The notes beneath the pieces were generated by a model that worked only from the letters and a program-made list of their open reading frames with translations, did no database searches and was not told the origin of the DNA. The translations under genes were made by a program, and so were the position numbers. From contig NZ_BBBG01000003.1 of assembly GCF_001315945.1 (NCBI RefSeq), positions 76,468-116,467 of the forward strand: a stretch of DNA of 40,000 nucleotides. Reading direction: 5' to 3'. Below are positions 1-11,403 of the stretch, piece by piece. Source of the stretch: Methanogenium cariaci JCM 10550 (lineage in GTDB: Archaea; Halobacteriota; Methanomicrobia; Methanomicrobiales; Methanomicrobiaceae). Position 1 is the stretch's first letter, and each line of letters begins with the position of its first letter.

Positions 1-941
1 CCCCTGCATCTTTTCCGTGACAGCAAGATAGTTCATCTGGGAGACGAACACAAACCCTGCCGCGGCCCCCCCGACGACCATAAACAGGAAGAAGACCCCC
101 CCGCCTATCCCTCCATAAACCGGTGCGACAAACGAACCGATCACCGCGATTGCCACCAATGCGGATGCCAGACGTATCGTCTGTATCGGCTGAAGGGAGA
201 GACGCGGGGGGGCAATCAGGGAACTGCATATCGTTGCGGCGTTCATCGTTGCAAACAAGATGCCCAGAATAAACGGACTCTCATCGGTGAATTCCGGGTA
301 TAACGATATCAGCACACCGGAAATACCAATGAGAATAAAGGATGACAGATACAGCCACTTGTTCCTCCAGCCAATCATATGCACCTCCGGCATGCCATCC
401 GTGCGTTCACTTTTTGGATCGGATAAAAAGAAGGAAAAGATCAGGGGGGTATCACGGCCAGTCCCGTAAAGAGCATGACCCGCTGTTCTGGCCGAAATGG
501 GCATTCAGGAGGCCGGTTCCCATCAGTCCCGCGATCAGCCCCCCCGCGTTCAGGGCCGCAAAATACAGACCCGAGAGTCGGGCATGGTTCGGCTGCAGAT
601 TCACCCATGAGAGGGCACAGGAGACAAACAGTCCCGCACCCACCCCCCCTTCGACAATCCGTGCGACGGCAATGGCATACGGGTTCGAGACCAGCAGAAT
701 AACGGCCCCCGGATACTACGGTAAAAAGCAGGCCTGCAATAATAAACGGTTTGCGACCGAACCTGTCACCCAGCACGCCTGCCGGAAGCACCATCACAAA
801 CGCACCAAAGAAATACGCAGAAAAGATAATTCCCTGAAGGGCGGGCATCTCATCGGCAAATTCAGGAAGCACCGGCACAATAGCATTGGACAGTGCCATG
901 ATGATGAAAATGCCGATGACCAGTGACAGGCGTTGCTTCAT
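1..941 (-). CDS. MFS-type transporter, N-terminal part (3' end beyond window start); frame broken several times
   Basis: ORF 441..941(-) begins MKQRLSLVIGIFIIMALSNAIVPVLPEF...LPAGVLGDRFGRKPFIIAGLL, with an MFS motif-A-like GDRFGRKP after TM2. The hydrophobic continuation lies in ORF 452..643(-) and other frames down to nt 1. Confidence 0.65.
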
Positions 942-978
942 TGCGGTAATATTCGCAGAGAAAATAAAAGAGAGTATG

Positions 979-2887
979 TTATACCAGACGGTAGGTTTCG
1001 AGATTCATCGGTGAAACGGTCTGGATATGATAGTTTTTGTAGATGGAGGATGCCAGGTCAATCGTGCTCTTCTCATCGCCGTGGATGGTGAAGATACGTT
1101 CCGGCCGGGGCTGGAGATGCTTCACGTAGCGCATCAGCTGATTTCTGTCGGAGTGACCGGAGAACCCGTCAACGGTCTGTATTTCACAGTTCATATTGAT
1201 GGTCTCACGCCGTCCGATGGGTATCTCCTTCCAGCCCTTCTGAATCCTTCTTCCGAGCGTACCGTCCGCCTGATATCCCACAAAGACGAGGGAATTCCTT
1301 TCATCCGGGGGGGCAAGGTTACGCAGATACTCCATTACCGGGCCGCCGGAGAGCATACCGCTGGTGGTGATGATAATGCACGGGTCGCCTTCGATGACCT
1401 TCTTGCGGAGTTCGGATGAATCAACCTGCTCAAAGCATTCAGCCAGGAACGGATTCATACCTTCCTTGAAGATCTGTGTCCTGAGGTCAGGGTTCAGGTA
1501 TTCAGGATAGGTCGTGTGAATGGCCGTTGCTTCCTTGATCATGCCGTCCAGATAGACCTTGACATTCGGAATCTTTTTCAGCCGCACCCCTTCCTCAAGG
1601 GTCAGCATCACTTCCTGGGAACGTCCGACGCGAATGCCGGGATGACAACCTTCCCCCCCCGGTTTATCGTCGTATTGACAATATCGTAGAGTTTTTGTTC
1701 GGCATCCTTTTTGGATGGCTGCATATCATGGGAACCACCGTAAGTATCTCCATGAAGAGTGTCTCCAGACGGGGGGGAACTGCACGGTCGCCGGGCCGAA
1801 GAGACGGGTGGTGTCGTAATTGAAATCGCCGGTGAACGCAACGTTATAGAGACCGTCTCCCACGTGGAAATGACTGATCGCCGATCCCAGAATGTGCCTG
1901 CGTTATGATAGGTCAGTTTGACATCCGGGGGGGCGATATCCGTGACCGAGCCAAAGTTCAGGGTGATCGAATGCTTGAGGTACTCCTGCACTTCCCGTGA
2001 TGAATACGGGGGGGCCACTCCGCCGTCCTTGTTGACCACATCGATATAGTCCAGCTGAAGCATGGCCGAGAGGTCGCGCGTTGCAGGGGGGGTGCTGTAT
2101 ACCGGGCCATCAAACCCGTATTTGTAGAGCAGCGGTATCATTGCACAGTGGTCCAAATGCGCATGCGTCAAAACGACCGCGTCCAGTGAACTGAGCGGAG
2201 ATATCTCCGGCACTCCCAGGTACGGGAATCCCTCGGACTGACTGCCGGGCTTTTCTCCGCAGTCAATAAGGATCCGGCTCTCCGGGGTCGAGAGCAGAAA
2301 CGCCGCCCGGCCCACTTCACGGCAGCAGCGAGGGTGGTGACCCGGACCCATTTGTCCTTGCTCCTGACATCCCGATGGATTCTCTTTCCGATACGGCGAA
2401 GGAACTCCTTTCGTTCATCCTTTACCGACCGGAGATACTGGCGGATATCCTTGACCGTCTTGCTCTCGATGGGAGGGGTGCGCACGACCTTTGCCGTCCA
2501 CCCGATCTCTTTGGTGATGTCACGGAGGGTTGCCCCCCCGTTCTTTCCAATCACAAGTCCGGGTTTTTCGGCTTCAACGAGCACTTCACCGGTATCGGGA
2601 TCAAAGAACAGATCCGTTATGCCCGCAGTATCCGGCACAACCGCGCGCACTTTTGCCGCAGCCTTTTCCGGGTCTTCCAGGATATTGGGGGGGCGCACGA
2701 CAATTCGTTTGCGTAACTCACGGGCAAGGATCTTGATTAAATCTGCCTGTTCGGCAAATTTCTTGGTATCATCGGTGTAGATGACAAGTTCCGGCCCTTC
2801 AAATTCAACCTCTGATATCGAAATGCCCGCAGGCACTTTGGCGTTGATCTTATTCCTGAGATCTTCTAATCGCTCATCAATTAACAT
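979..2887 (-). CDS. fttA: aCPSF1/FttA: KH-domain, metallo-beta-lactamase, beta-CASP ribonuclease (archaeal transcription termination factor). Three ORF fragments joined.
   Basis: Fragments 2168..2887, 1608..2351 and 979..1611 are collinear. N-terminal KH region: [23 protein letters not shown] region: [21 protein letters not shown]...[23 protein letters not shown]-terminal beta-CASP tail: [20 protein letters not shown]...IHGDE. Total 1909 nt, about the 636 aa expected. Confidence 0.9.
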
Positions 2888-2935
2888 TAAAATCGTCCTA
2901 AAAAAGAAAAATAGTAGAGAGAATGCGGGGGGGTT

Positions 2936-3554
2936 TTAAAGAACCTCCTCAGTCATCTCCTCGTATTTATCTTTGGTAATTATTACAATATTCATGGATT
3001 CACCGGATGCCGAATCCCGCCGGATGGCTGACCGCAGTGCCCGTTTTGCAAGGTCAACCGCTGCTGCTTCATCCATATTGGGTTCATACCGGTCTTCCAG
3101 TACCCCCCCGTATGCAAACGGAGAACCTGAACCGGTTGAAACAATATCCTCTTCCTTTGATGCTCCTCCCATCGCATCTACTGAGTAGACGCTGGGGGCC
3201 GTCAATATCAAATCCGCCGACAAGCAGCTGGACATAATACGGATAATGCCGGTTCTGGTTCAGAACATTGGAAAGAAGTGATGCGGATGCACCTACGGTC
3301 ATATCACGACCGCGACGAATCTGGTAGAGGTTACACTCCACCTGCATCAGCCGCACAAGGGTCTGTGCATCGCCCACTCCTCCGGCTATGGTCATGCCTA
3401 TCCGGTCTGCAATCTGGTAGACTTTCTTTGCTTTCTTGCTTGCAATCATTGTGCCCATTGTGGCACGTTGTTCTGTTGCAAGTATTACCCCATCCTGAAA
3501 CACAAGGCCTACCGTTGTAGTACCTTTTGTTACCCCTTCTGGTAGTTCTGACAA
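2936..3554 (-). CDS. psmB: Proteasome subunit beta (two fragments joined)
   Basis: 3084..3554(-): [28 protein letters not shown] (propeptide plus catalytic Thr). 2936..3235(-): [25 protein letters not shown]...[11 protein letters not shown]. Confidence 0.9.
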
Positions 3555-3643
3555 TTCACAATCCTCCGATCAAAAGTACGCTATATAAGGGAGTAAAAGC
3601 GCTTAGGTATAGAACGCGCCATTCTTTCATAAAGGTATTGGAT

Positions 3644-3672
3644 ATATTTTCAGAAAAGCGTTCTGAAAATAT
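3644..3672. terminator. Perfect 12-bp inverted repeat ATATTTTCAGAA-aagcg-TTCTGAAAATAT between the CBS gene 3' end and the psmB start
   Basis: Read directly: 3644-3655 is the exact reverse complement of 3661-3672. It lies 19 nt downstream of the CBS stop on the minus strand and about 90 nt upstream of psmB. Terminator hairpin or operator; not resolved. Confidence 0.35.
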
Positions 3673-3690
3673 GCTGAAATGAAGAAGATA

Positions 3691-4521
3691 TTACGCTTCT
3701 TCAAGAATGATTCTGATTAACTCGCGGTCGTAGAGCATGGAGACCATCTTGCGGTCACCATTGATCACCGGGAGCTGGTCCACCCGTGCACGCTTCATCT
3801 TCAGTGCACATTCACTGACCTCCGCGTTCAGGGAGACAGCAACCACTTCCCGTACCATTGCCTCTTTGACCGGTTTGTCCGGGAGCTGGACCTTGGAGAT
3901 GCCATAGGATATGGTGTAGTTATCGCGGAGCGATTCCCAGGTCCATTCGTCATCGTCCGTGCCGTTTGAAAAGTCACTTACTTCGACACTGTCTTCAATA
4001 CTGGAATGCCGGATTAAATCCCGTTCTGATATGATACCGGTCAGCTGACCGCTCTCATTCAGGATGGGCACCGCATCGTATCCCGACATCTCCATGATCC
4101 TGCCCACAAGCGGCAGGGGTGACTCTTCCCAGACGGCAAAGGTATGGGAACTGAACTTGTTGCGGATCTCGTCAGTGAACTTCATGCGGGCGATAGCGCC
4201 CACGATATCCGATATACTGATGAGACCGATCAGATCCCCGCCTTCAACGACCGGCAGACGGCGGAAATTATTTTTTATTAAAATGGCCGCCGCACTCTGA
4301 ATGGTTTCATCCGGGGGGGTGATGGTGACCGGGTCCGGCGTCATCAGCAGTCCCAGCTGCATTTCTCCGGGATTTCTGAGCAGATCCTTGCGGGTGATGA
4401 TGCCTACCAGCACTCCCTCTTTCAGGACGGGAACGCCACTGATACCGGTTCGTTTCAGTATCCTGAGCACATCATCTCTGTTTCCGGGTATCTCCACGCA
4501 GACAACATCCGTTGTCATCAC
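3691..4521 (-). CDS. CBS-domain protein (four tandem CBS repeats)
   Basis: Intact 276-aa ORF. Repeated CBS signatures: GISGVPVLKEGVLVGIITRKDLL, NFRRLPVVEGGDLIGLISISDIV, GYDAVPILNESGQLTGIISERDLI, RVDQLPVINGDRKMVSMLYDRELI. Confidence 0.85.
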   Translation of the reverse strand: MMTTDVVCVEIPGNRDDVLRILKRTGISGVPVLKEGVLVGIITRKDLLRNPGEMQLGLLMTPDPVTITPPDETIQSAAAILIKNNFRRLPVVEGGDLIGLISISDIVGAIARMKFTDEIRNKFSSHTFAVWEESPLPLVGRIMEMSGYDAVPILNESGQLTGIISERDLIRHSSIEDSVEVSDFSNGTDDDEWTWESLRDNYTISYGISKVQLPDKPVKEAMVREVVAVSLNAEVSECALKMKRARVDQLPVINGDRKMVSMLYDRELIRIILEEA

Positions 4522-4541
4522 GTCACGAACCGTCTCCTGTG

Positions 4542-4969
4542 TTATGCTCTCACCACCAGGGTGCTGACATGACTGTGGCGTACGACATGGGTCGTCACGC
4601 TGCCCAGCAATATCTTCTCGATATCACTCTTCGCGTGAGATCCAAGAACAATAAGATCTGCACTCAAATCGGTTGCTGCAGCAATTATTTCAATGCCTGC
4701 ATGACCTTTTTTCAGATGCGTCTTCAGAGCAACACCTTCCTCTTCACACCTCTTTTCCGCATAGGAAAAACATTCAGTCCCTGCTGTTCCAGCATGTTTC
4801 TGATATATTCCATCGTTTCATCTGCAGGAATGTCATCAAAAAGGCCGGTCTCAAGAACATAGACTACATTAAGCTGCGCATTCCACACTTTGGCTTCGGT
4901 CAATGCCGTTTCCAGAGTTTTAATACTGATTTCTGATCCATCTACGGCAACGAGAATATTTGTAAACAC
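4542..4969 (-). CDS. Universal stress protein (UspA family), one frame break
   Basis: 4724..4969(-): MFTNILVAVDGSEISIKTLETALTEAKVWNAQLNVVYV. My own translation of the downstream frame gives EEGVALKTHLKKGHAGIEIIAAATDLSADLIVLGSHAKSDIEKILLGSVTTHVVRHSHVSTLVVRA, stop at 4542-4544. Confidence 0.8.
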
Positions 4970-4998
4970 AGTCCACCTCTAAAGAATTGCTTTATTAC

Positions 4999-6027
4999 CT
5001 ATTTTAAATAGCAATTTAAAAGACTTCCTTCCATGCTGATGGAATTGAGTCGGGTTATTATGGTATTTAATATGTTTTTTGAGAATCCTGCATTTGAACG
5101 CGCCATATTATACCGGGTAAACCGTGCGTCATGATCTTTGATAAGGGAATAGTTCCTGTCCACTATCTGTGCCCCCCCGCCGGTTGCCATTTTGAGAATT
5201 GTCGGTGCATCGATGTGATACACATAATGGCAGAATGCCATCTCCGCTGCCATATCAGGCTGTACAAACATGACATTGTCCGTTCCCAGCCAGAGTTCGA
5301 CTCCTGCCTCAAGCATCGCATGCACCGGTGGGTTTTGGTTGGAGGAGGTGACGCCCAGTCTCCAGTTGGACCGGGGGGGGCAGATGACCACCGGGATGCC
5401 GGCATCGGCGATGCGCCGGATCTGTGCAGGAGTGACATGCGTGCAGTGAACGAGCATATCCGGGTCAAACGCGAGGGCGGCATCCACATCCCTACTGTCC
5501 TTTTCTCCTGCATGAAAGGCGATCTGTTTTCCGTCGGCACGTGCACGTTCGATGATTTTGGTTAATTCCTCACCGTAATGGCGGCTGCTGGAGACACCCA
5601 GACCTGCACCGACGGACTCTCCCCCCCCGTCCCTTCCGAAGATGACCGCGTCAAGGGAACAGTCGGTATTGGCCTGCTGCAGGTATTCGACACCGGGAAT
5701 ACCGCCTTCCCGGAAATCGGCAAATCCCCCCCATGTTCCGGTCTGTGCCATGGTCCGGATACTTGCCGCCATCGCTTCCACACAGAGACGGGGGGATGAC
5801 GCACGCAATATGCGATGTTTCAGGCCGTCCGGCGGGGGGGCGACGAGATCTCCGATACTCCCGGCGGCATCGACGTCCATGGCAACGGTGTCGCCCAGAT
5901 GGGTATGGGCATTAAAAAATCCCGGAACGATCCATTGATCCGGCACCCGGTCTATCTCTTCGATGTGGGTGATCACCCCATCGGCGACAACGATACGGAC
6001 ATTTCGTTCGTCAAAATCATCTCCCAA
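4999..6027 (-). CDS. Amidohydrolase-superfamily metal hydrolase (chlorohydrolase/deaminase-like)
   Basis: 342-aa ORF with PGFFNAHTHLGDT (HxH metal motif), later FHAGE and LVHCTH, and GTDN near the C-terminus. The start is a TTG; the true start is uncertain. Confidence 0.7.
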   Translation of the reverse strand: MGDDFDERNVRIVVADGVITHIEEIDRVPDQWIVPGFFNAHTHLGDTVAMDVDAAGSIGDLVAPPPDGLKHRILRASSPRLCVEAMAASIRTMAQTGTWGGFADFREGGIPGVEYLQQANTDCSLDAVIFGRDGGGESVGAGLGVSSSRHYGEELTKIIERARADGKQIAFHAGEKDSRDVDAALAFDPDMLVHCTHVTPAQIRRIADAGIPVVICPPRSNWRLGVTSSNQNPPVHAMLEAGVELWLGTDNVMFVQPDMAAEMAFCHYVYHIDAPTILKMATGGGAQIVDRNYSLIKDHDARFTRYNMARSNAGFSKNILNTIITRLNSISMEGSLLNCYLK

Positions 6028-6110
6028 CAGGGCCCTGCCCTCGTATATCTGTTCAGTGTTCAGCGATTGTCACCTTCCAATTTAAATATGCTAAAATTCA
6101 ATTGTATGCT

Positions 6111-6272
6111 ATGGCAAAAAAGAGTGGTGGAAGACTGGTATCCTCAGCTGGTCTCGTCACATATTATGACAGTGAAGACCGCAGGGCAGTGCAGATCTCC
6201 CCCCCGAATATGGTGATGATCATTGCAGGAGCAATTGCGCTCATTACGATCGTCCTGAATGCAGTATATTAA
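6111..6272 (+). CDS. secG: Sec61-beta / archaeal SecG preprotein translocase subunit (53 aa, not in the ORF track)
   Basis: My translation from ATG 6111: MAKKSGGRLVSSAGLVTYYDSEDRRAVQISPPNMVMIIAGAIALITIVLNAVY*. It shows the typical basic N-terminus, the SSAGL motif and a single C-terminal TM. Confidence 0.75.
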   Translation: MAKKSGGRLVSSAGLVTYYDSEDRRAVQISPPNMVMIIAGAIALITIVLNAVY

Positions 6273-7021
6273 TACTTATTTTTCATCGCCTTTCTGGTGA
6301 GATCTTCCTCTGCTTTGAAGTAGAGGTCATCATGCCCTTCCCAGACGGGCACGTTTCTGCAGATGACCGCAGGCACGCCACGGTTGCTCTCGCCCATGAC
6401 AAAGTTTGCAATACCGGCAATCTCGTCAACGACCGCTTCTTCGGTGATCTCGAGCACATGGCCGAAGAGGTCGGTATCCCCCCCGCGATAATCCTGAATG
6501 GCGGGCATACCGCTCCATCCGATGGCAACTCCGGCCTGTCCTCTCCGGAAGGAACGCCCGCAGGTATCGGTAAGAATAACCCGTATATTTTTCCCGGTAA
6601 TCTTTTTGATCTCTTCCCGAATCTCTGCTGCGGCCTCCATCGGATTGGGCGGCAGCACAATGATGAGTCCGTCTTCCACATTGGAATGGTCAATACCTGC
6701 CCGTACCCCCCCCACATGTCCGTGCGGCAGTGAACAGAGAATAAACGGATAATCGATGATGATGTCGTCGGATTCATCCAGCACCGCCTGAATAAACCGG
6801 GGATCTTCGCCGCACTTCTTTGCGATTTCCGCGGCACGTTCCGTCGGCTGAATATCGGCAAGACACCGTAGATATCCCTTTGATTTGGAATAGGCGGATG
6901 ACGCCACACAGAGCACATCGTTCTCCTCTATGGAAAGACAGTTGGCGATGAATGCCGGGAAGTTATCCCCCCCTGCCTGAACAATGGGTATTCCCTCTAC
7001 GGGAATGATTTCAATTGTCAT
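6269..7021 (-). CDS. cofE: Coenzyme F420-0:L-glutamate ligase
   Basis: Intact 250-aa ORF: VASSAYSKSKGY...GVRAGIDHSNV...ILTDTCGRSFRRGQAGVAIGWSG...DYRGGDTDLFGHVLEIT...DEIAGIANFVMGES. Confidence 0.88.
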   Translation of the reverse strand: MTIEIIPVEGIPIVQAGGDNFPAFIANCLSIEENDVLCVASSAYSKSKGYLRCLADIQPTERAAEIAKKCGEDPRFIQAVLDESDDIIIDYPFILCSLPHGHVGGVRAGIDHSNVEDGLIIVLPPNPMEAAAEIREEIKKITGKNIRVILTDTCGRSFRRGQAGVAIGWSGMPAIQDYRGGDTDLFGHVLEITEEAVVDEIAGIANFVMGESNRGVPAVICRNVPVWEGHDDLYFKAEEDLTRKAMKNKY

Positions 7022-7135
7022 TACTCAATAATAATCGTTGGAAATAAAAACTCTGCGTAAATGTCCTCTTCGGAAGATAAGATTCCATTCCTCAAAAAGA
7101 TTAATCATCTGTCGGATAGATTAGCGATATAAGAG

Positions 7136-7410
7136 ATGTATCTTATCATCCGCTGTGAGAACTGTGCGACGTTCAGCTACATTGACCGGTTTCAGAAGTG
7201 GAAACTCTGCCCGGTATGTGGGGGAAACGATGCAGCGGGGGCAGTGTTCAGGAATATATCGAGGTTGAAAATCATCACGAAGCGGATGCGGTCATTGTTG
7301 AACTGGAACGGTATTTGCACCAGAACAACCGGGAGAATCTGACCGCTGAGGAGACCGGAAAACTGCGTGCAGTGTATGCACGTCTGGTCGCCAGAAGCAC
7401 CAGCTGGTAA
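7136..7410 (+). CDS. Small zinc-ribbon protein (DUF1922-like), two frame breaks at G5 runs
   Basis: MYLIIRCENCATFSYIDRFQKWKLCPVCG. After correcting the G runs near 7221 and 7244 by one nt each, it reads ETMQRGSVQEYIEVENHHEADAVIVELERYLHQNN... Confidence 0.55.
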
Positions 7411-7419
7411 CCGCCGCCA

Positions 7420-7569
7420 TTACCAGGGCTTTCCGCATCCGGGACAGATCATCGTCACGCGGCGGCCACAGTAGGGACAGTAGAGTCCGTCTTTTTTATG
7501 ATCGATGAGTGGCCGACCGCAGTTTTTACAGTGGATGGCAGCAGTATATCCGCAACGATGTTTCAGCAT
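7420..7569 (-). CDS. 49-aa double CxxC zinc-ribbon protein, translationally coupled to fwdC (not in the ORF track)
   Basis: My translation: MLKHRCGYTAAIHCKNCGRPLIDHKKDGLYCPYCGRRVTMICPGCGKPW*. Its ATG shares a base with the fwdC TAA (TAATG at 7569-7571). Confidence 0.45.
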   Translation of the reverse strand: MLKHRCGYTAAIHCKNCGRPLIDHKKDGLYCPYCGRRVTMICPGCGKPW

Positions 7570-8356
7570 TAATCCATATATTTGCAGTTCGCCACATAAA
7601 TTGTTCCCAACCGCGGGAGGTGTAATCCCCCTGAGAACCGGGTGACCGGAACGGAGTCAATCGTTGTCGGGCCGTCATTCCGGAACGTCGGCAGCATATC
7701 ATGTGCCGTTCCGAAAACCCTGCACTCTCCGCCGGACATATTGCCGCAGGGCCGGGAACAGTCACCCATGATGGTCAGCCGTCCGTCCCGGATATCAACC
7801 CCCGGCATGTCCCCCCCGGCGTTGCCATGAATGATGATCTCGCCGCCTGCCATGGTCTCTCCGGCAAAGTCTCCTGCATCACCCATGATCTCAATCAGTC
7901 CGCCTTGCATGCCCTGCTTTTCCCCCCCCGGTATCCGGAACCGGCATAGTCCATGGCATTGCCGTGACAGAGAATCTTGCCGCCATGTATCTCCCGACCC
8001 AGCCAGGAGTCTGCATCCCCCCCCTGGATTTCAATGAGCCCCCCCGCACTCATGAAATTCCCGCAATGCATCCCGATATCGCGTTCGATAAGGATCTTGC
8101 CGCCGTCCATGTACTCACCGACCCGTTTGATATGGGAACTGTCGCCCCGGATGATGATCTCGACCTGTTCGGCGGATTTTGCATTCCCGTCCTTTCTGAC
8201 GTGGAAGACATCCGTGATATCCAGTTCCTTATTGCCTTTCCAGACATGAAACTCCCGTTCCGGGTCCAGAAAGTTTTTGGGGGGGGTGATACACTCCGCT
8301 TCAATCGGGAGATTCGGTTTATGCCGCTCTTTTACTTCAAGAATGACTTTCATCAT
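7569..8356 (-). CDS. fwdC: Formylmethanofuran dehydrogenase subunit C (two fragments joined)
   Basis: Glycine-rich beta-helix repeats: GGKILIERDIGMHCGNFMSAGGLIEIQGGDADSWLGREIHGGKILCHGNA, then QGGLIEIMGDAGDFAGETMAGGEIIIHGNAG. W versus Mo type cannot be told from the sequence. Confidence 0.88.
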
Positions 8357-10084
8357 AAGGATGCCTCCGTCTCCATGCAGACATTGCGGCCGATATACTC
8401 CTCTCCGACCGGATAGTTTGCCAGTCGCATCGAGTAATATTTGTTAAATCCGTCAATAAACGCCGGATCCGTGCTCATATCGTATGCCGGAGGCACATGG
8501 GGGGGTTTCACCCAGTAGGTCGAATGGTTTCCTTCCAGGGTGCAGGTACCTCTCCGGCAGACAACTTCTCCGCGTTTAATGGTGTATTCCGTTGTGGAAA
8601 AGCCGTTGATGATCCGTTCATAGTCATGTGCCGGGTCGGTGTTCGTGACATCAATCGGGTAGATGGCAATATCCGCTTCGGCACCTTCCGAAAGGTAACC
8701 TTTTCCATAATCAACCAGACCCAGTGCACGCGCCTGTGCCGCACGGGTCATGATCACAATCTCATTCCAGGTGAGTTCCCGTTCCAGTGCAGGCAGAATC
8801 ACCCGTCTGCCGGTTGATTTGTGCAGCGTGGCAAATTCCTTGTCGCGATATTCCTTGCTCATTAAAAGGGCCATCACTTCCGGATATTTGACGAAGGGCG
8901 CCCCCCCGTTGGGGTTATCGGTCGCAAGAATGCACCGCCACGGGTCATTGACCAGCAGGCCCAGTTCCAGACCGATGGCCCACATGATCGCGTTGACCAG
9001 GTTCTTCTTTCGGTACTGAACGGGAATAACCCCGGACCCGGTCTCCATCTCGACGTCATGATTGCTCCACTTGTTATGGTAGAGACGATAGAGGTTGAAC
9101 TCCATCGGCCCGTCGCAGTCATTGTAGTCGTCTTCCCGAACATCACCTGACCGGTGTCGATGACAATCTGGGGGGGTTTGTCGTTCACCGACTTGGCGAT
9201 ATCCTCTGCCTTGGAACAGAAATCGTTCCATGAAGAGCCGCCGTAGGAATGGAACTGCACATGCGTGGAGTAGAGCGACTGGCGCTTATCGTTGAGGTCG
9301 GGAATGGCGTTGTAGGTGTCGAGCGTGCACATGTAGTTGCCCGGTTTTCCCAGGTTATTGCAGTGCAGATGCACGGAATGAGGCAGGTTGAGCATCTCGT
9401 TTGCCTCGATCATCTTTACGATGATCTCACGGGGGGGCGTGATATTGAATCGCGGAATCGGTTTATGAATGCAGGAGATATCCTCGCCGAACCCCCCCAT
9501 GCTTCCGTCCCGCCGGGATTGGTCAGTTTGACCCCCCCGAAGCCCTTGGCGGCCGAGAGGTACCATGCGAGAACCCCCCCCGCAAGGCGTTTGATGTCCC
9601 CCCCGTCCTGAATTGCCTCCAAAGCAAACCAGTTGCCGTCAAAGAGCGTGTTTGCCAGACAGTCCTGCAAGGGGGTGTAGCGGAACTCCTCATGGGTGTG
9701 GCGTGCCTCCATCGGTGCCATCGCCCCCCCTTCCAGAAGTGTCGTGTATCCCATCTTGGAGTAGCGGTAACTGTTGCCATAGGTTGTCGGGACGCTGTAA
9801 CCGGCGGTTGCATGCATATCCCCCCCTTTGCGTGATGTGCGCCCGGCCCGCATATCCTCCGGGCTCATGTACCTGCCGAAGTTGACTTTTGTTCCGCAGA
9901 TATGCGTATGGGAATCAATCCCGCCGGGGGGGAGGGTGAGCATGCCTGTAGCGTCAATCACCTGATCCGGGTTTTTGACGTCATCGACAATTTTGCCGTC
10001 CCGGACGGCGATGTCCATCGTCTCGCCGGATATCCGCTGTATCGGGTCGATGACATAGGCATTTTTTATCAGGAGTGTTTTCAT
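8353..10084 (-). CDS. fwdA: Formylmethanofuran dehydrogenase subunit A (amidohydrolase fold; three fragments joined)
   Basis: 9416..10084(-): MKTLLIKNAYVIDP...LPPGGIDSHTHICG. Collinear continuations at 8874..9566 and 8353..9231. Total 1732 nt, about 577 aa. Confidence 0.88.
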
Positions 10085-11403
10085 AGGCCTTTCACCTCAA
10101 GCATTCGGTCATAAATTCGGGTGAGGATCTCGGTGTCGGAGGGGGGGTATGCGGAGTCCATTGCTTTCTTAATCTTGATGGGAATGCCGTCCATCCGGTA
10201 TGCCGTCCCTTCCGCATCGATACCGGTCACCGCGACCGGTATCTGGAGGTCGGCAAGGGTGGTGGTCATCGACTCGAACGGGTCGATGACAATAAGGGGG
10301 GGATATCACGCAACTGCTCCATACAGGCACGGGGGGGGAAATGGCCCCCCCCGGATCGCTTGCGATGATCATACCGGCATCACACTCCTTGCGTGCAAGA
10401 ACATCAATGGCCGTTGTCTCTCCGGGGGGGTTATAGAAGGCCACACCCCCCCGGCAGAAGTCAACTGCAAAGGGGTAGCCGGTCATCCATGACATCACTT
10501 CGTTTGCCCCGTAGACATTCCAGTGTCCCCCCCGCATCGGGGGGGTGAGCGTAAATTTGGTATGCCGGTTCAGGTCATCGACGAGTTCGATGGCGTTTCT
10601 GACGTTCTTGTATTTGCCTTTCGCCATCGTCAGGCCGACACCGAAGAATAAGGCACCGAATGAACAGGTCTTACACATCTCCGCCACCTGCATGAGCTGG
10701 GTTTTGGTGACCCCTGCGACCGATTCCGGTATCATATCGCTTTTGCCCCGGAGAATGGCCCGCAGAGAGGAGAGCACCGCATAGTCGCCGCCCGGTTTGA
10801 TGCGGATAAACTCATCGGCAACCTTTGCCGTCTCCGTTTCCCGCACATCGACGACGATGACCTTCCGGTTCCGGAACGCATTGTCCAGGAAATATCCGTC
10901 CGCATAGGTGGTATACCGGCTCATATGCCGGGGGTGGGCCTCAATGGGGGTTGCAGCCCCCCCAGTAGATGATGAGATCCGCACGGTTCTTCACCTGACC
11001 CAGCGTACAGCCGGGATGACCTACTTCCTGAATGGCAAGAATGGACGGGCCGTGACAAACAGAGGTGGTGCTGTCAATGACGCCGCCCAGAATTTCGTTC
11101 ATATGGACCCCCGACACACTGCGCCTCTCCGTGCGTCCCGGACCAGCCAAAGAGCAGCGGCCGGTCGGCGTCCAGCAGCATATCGACCGCGGTCTCCACC
11201 GCTTCATCGTAGCTGATCTCAACCCACGCGCCGTCCACCTTTTTTATCGGGGTTTTCAGCCGGTTTTTCCCCCCCAGAAATTTTGCGTTCCCGATGGTGC
11301 AGCAGTTATTTGCTGATACGATTTTGTCATTTTCTACTTCCAGAGTGATGTCATCACACAGACACCCGCAGAAGGGGCATACCATATCCTTAATTTCCTG
11401 CAT
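10081..11403 (-). CDS. fwdB: Formylmethanofuran dehydrogenase subunit B (molybdo/tungstopterin subunit, Cys type; several fragments joined)
   Basis: N-terminus MQEIKDMVCPFCGCLCDDI (FeS Cys cluster). DSTTSVCHGPSILAIQEVG (active-site Cys, no in-frame TGA needed). Long middle fragment 10169..10984. Confidence 0.88.

Noticed and set aside
342-926. Long plus-strand ORFs antisense to real genes. Examples: 342..926, 1027..1419, 2334..2780, 5131..5565, 6332..6733, 7964..8416, 12827..13525, 16660..17067, 17953..18366.
   Set aside because: These are shadow ORFs typical of GC-rich DNA. They have low-complexity Arg/Pro/Ser/Gly-rich translations, and each lies opposite a gene with clear family motifs.
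10081-11403. Possible selenocysteine (in-frame TGA) in FwdB.
   Set aside because: The active-site position reads SVCHGP with a Cys codon. The observed stops are explained by frame shifts at homopolymers.
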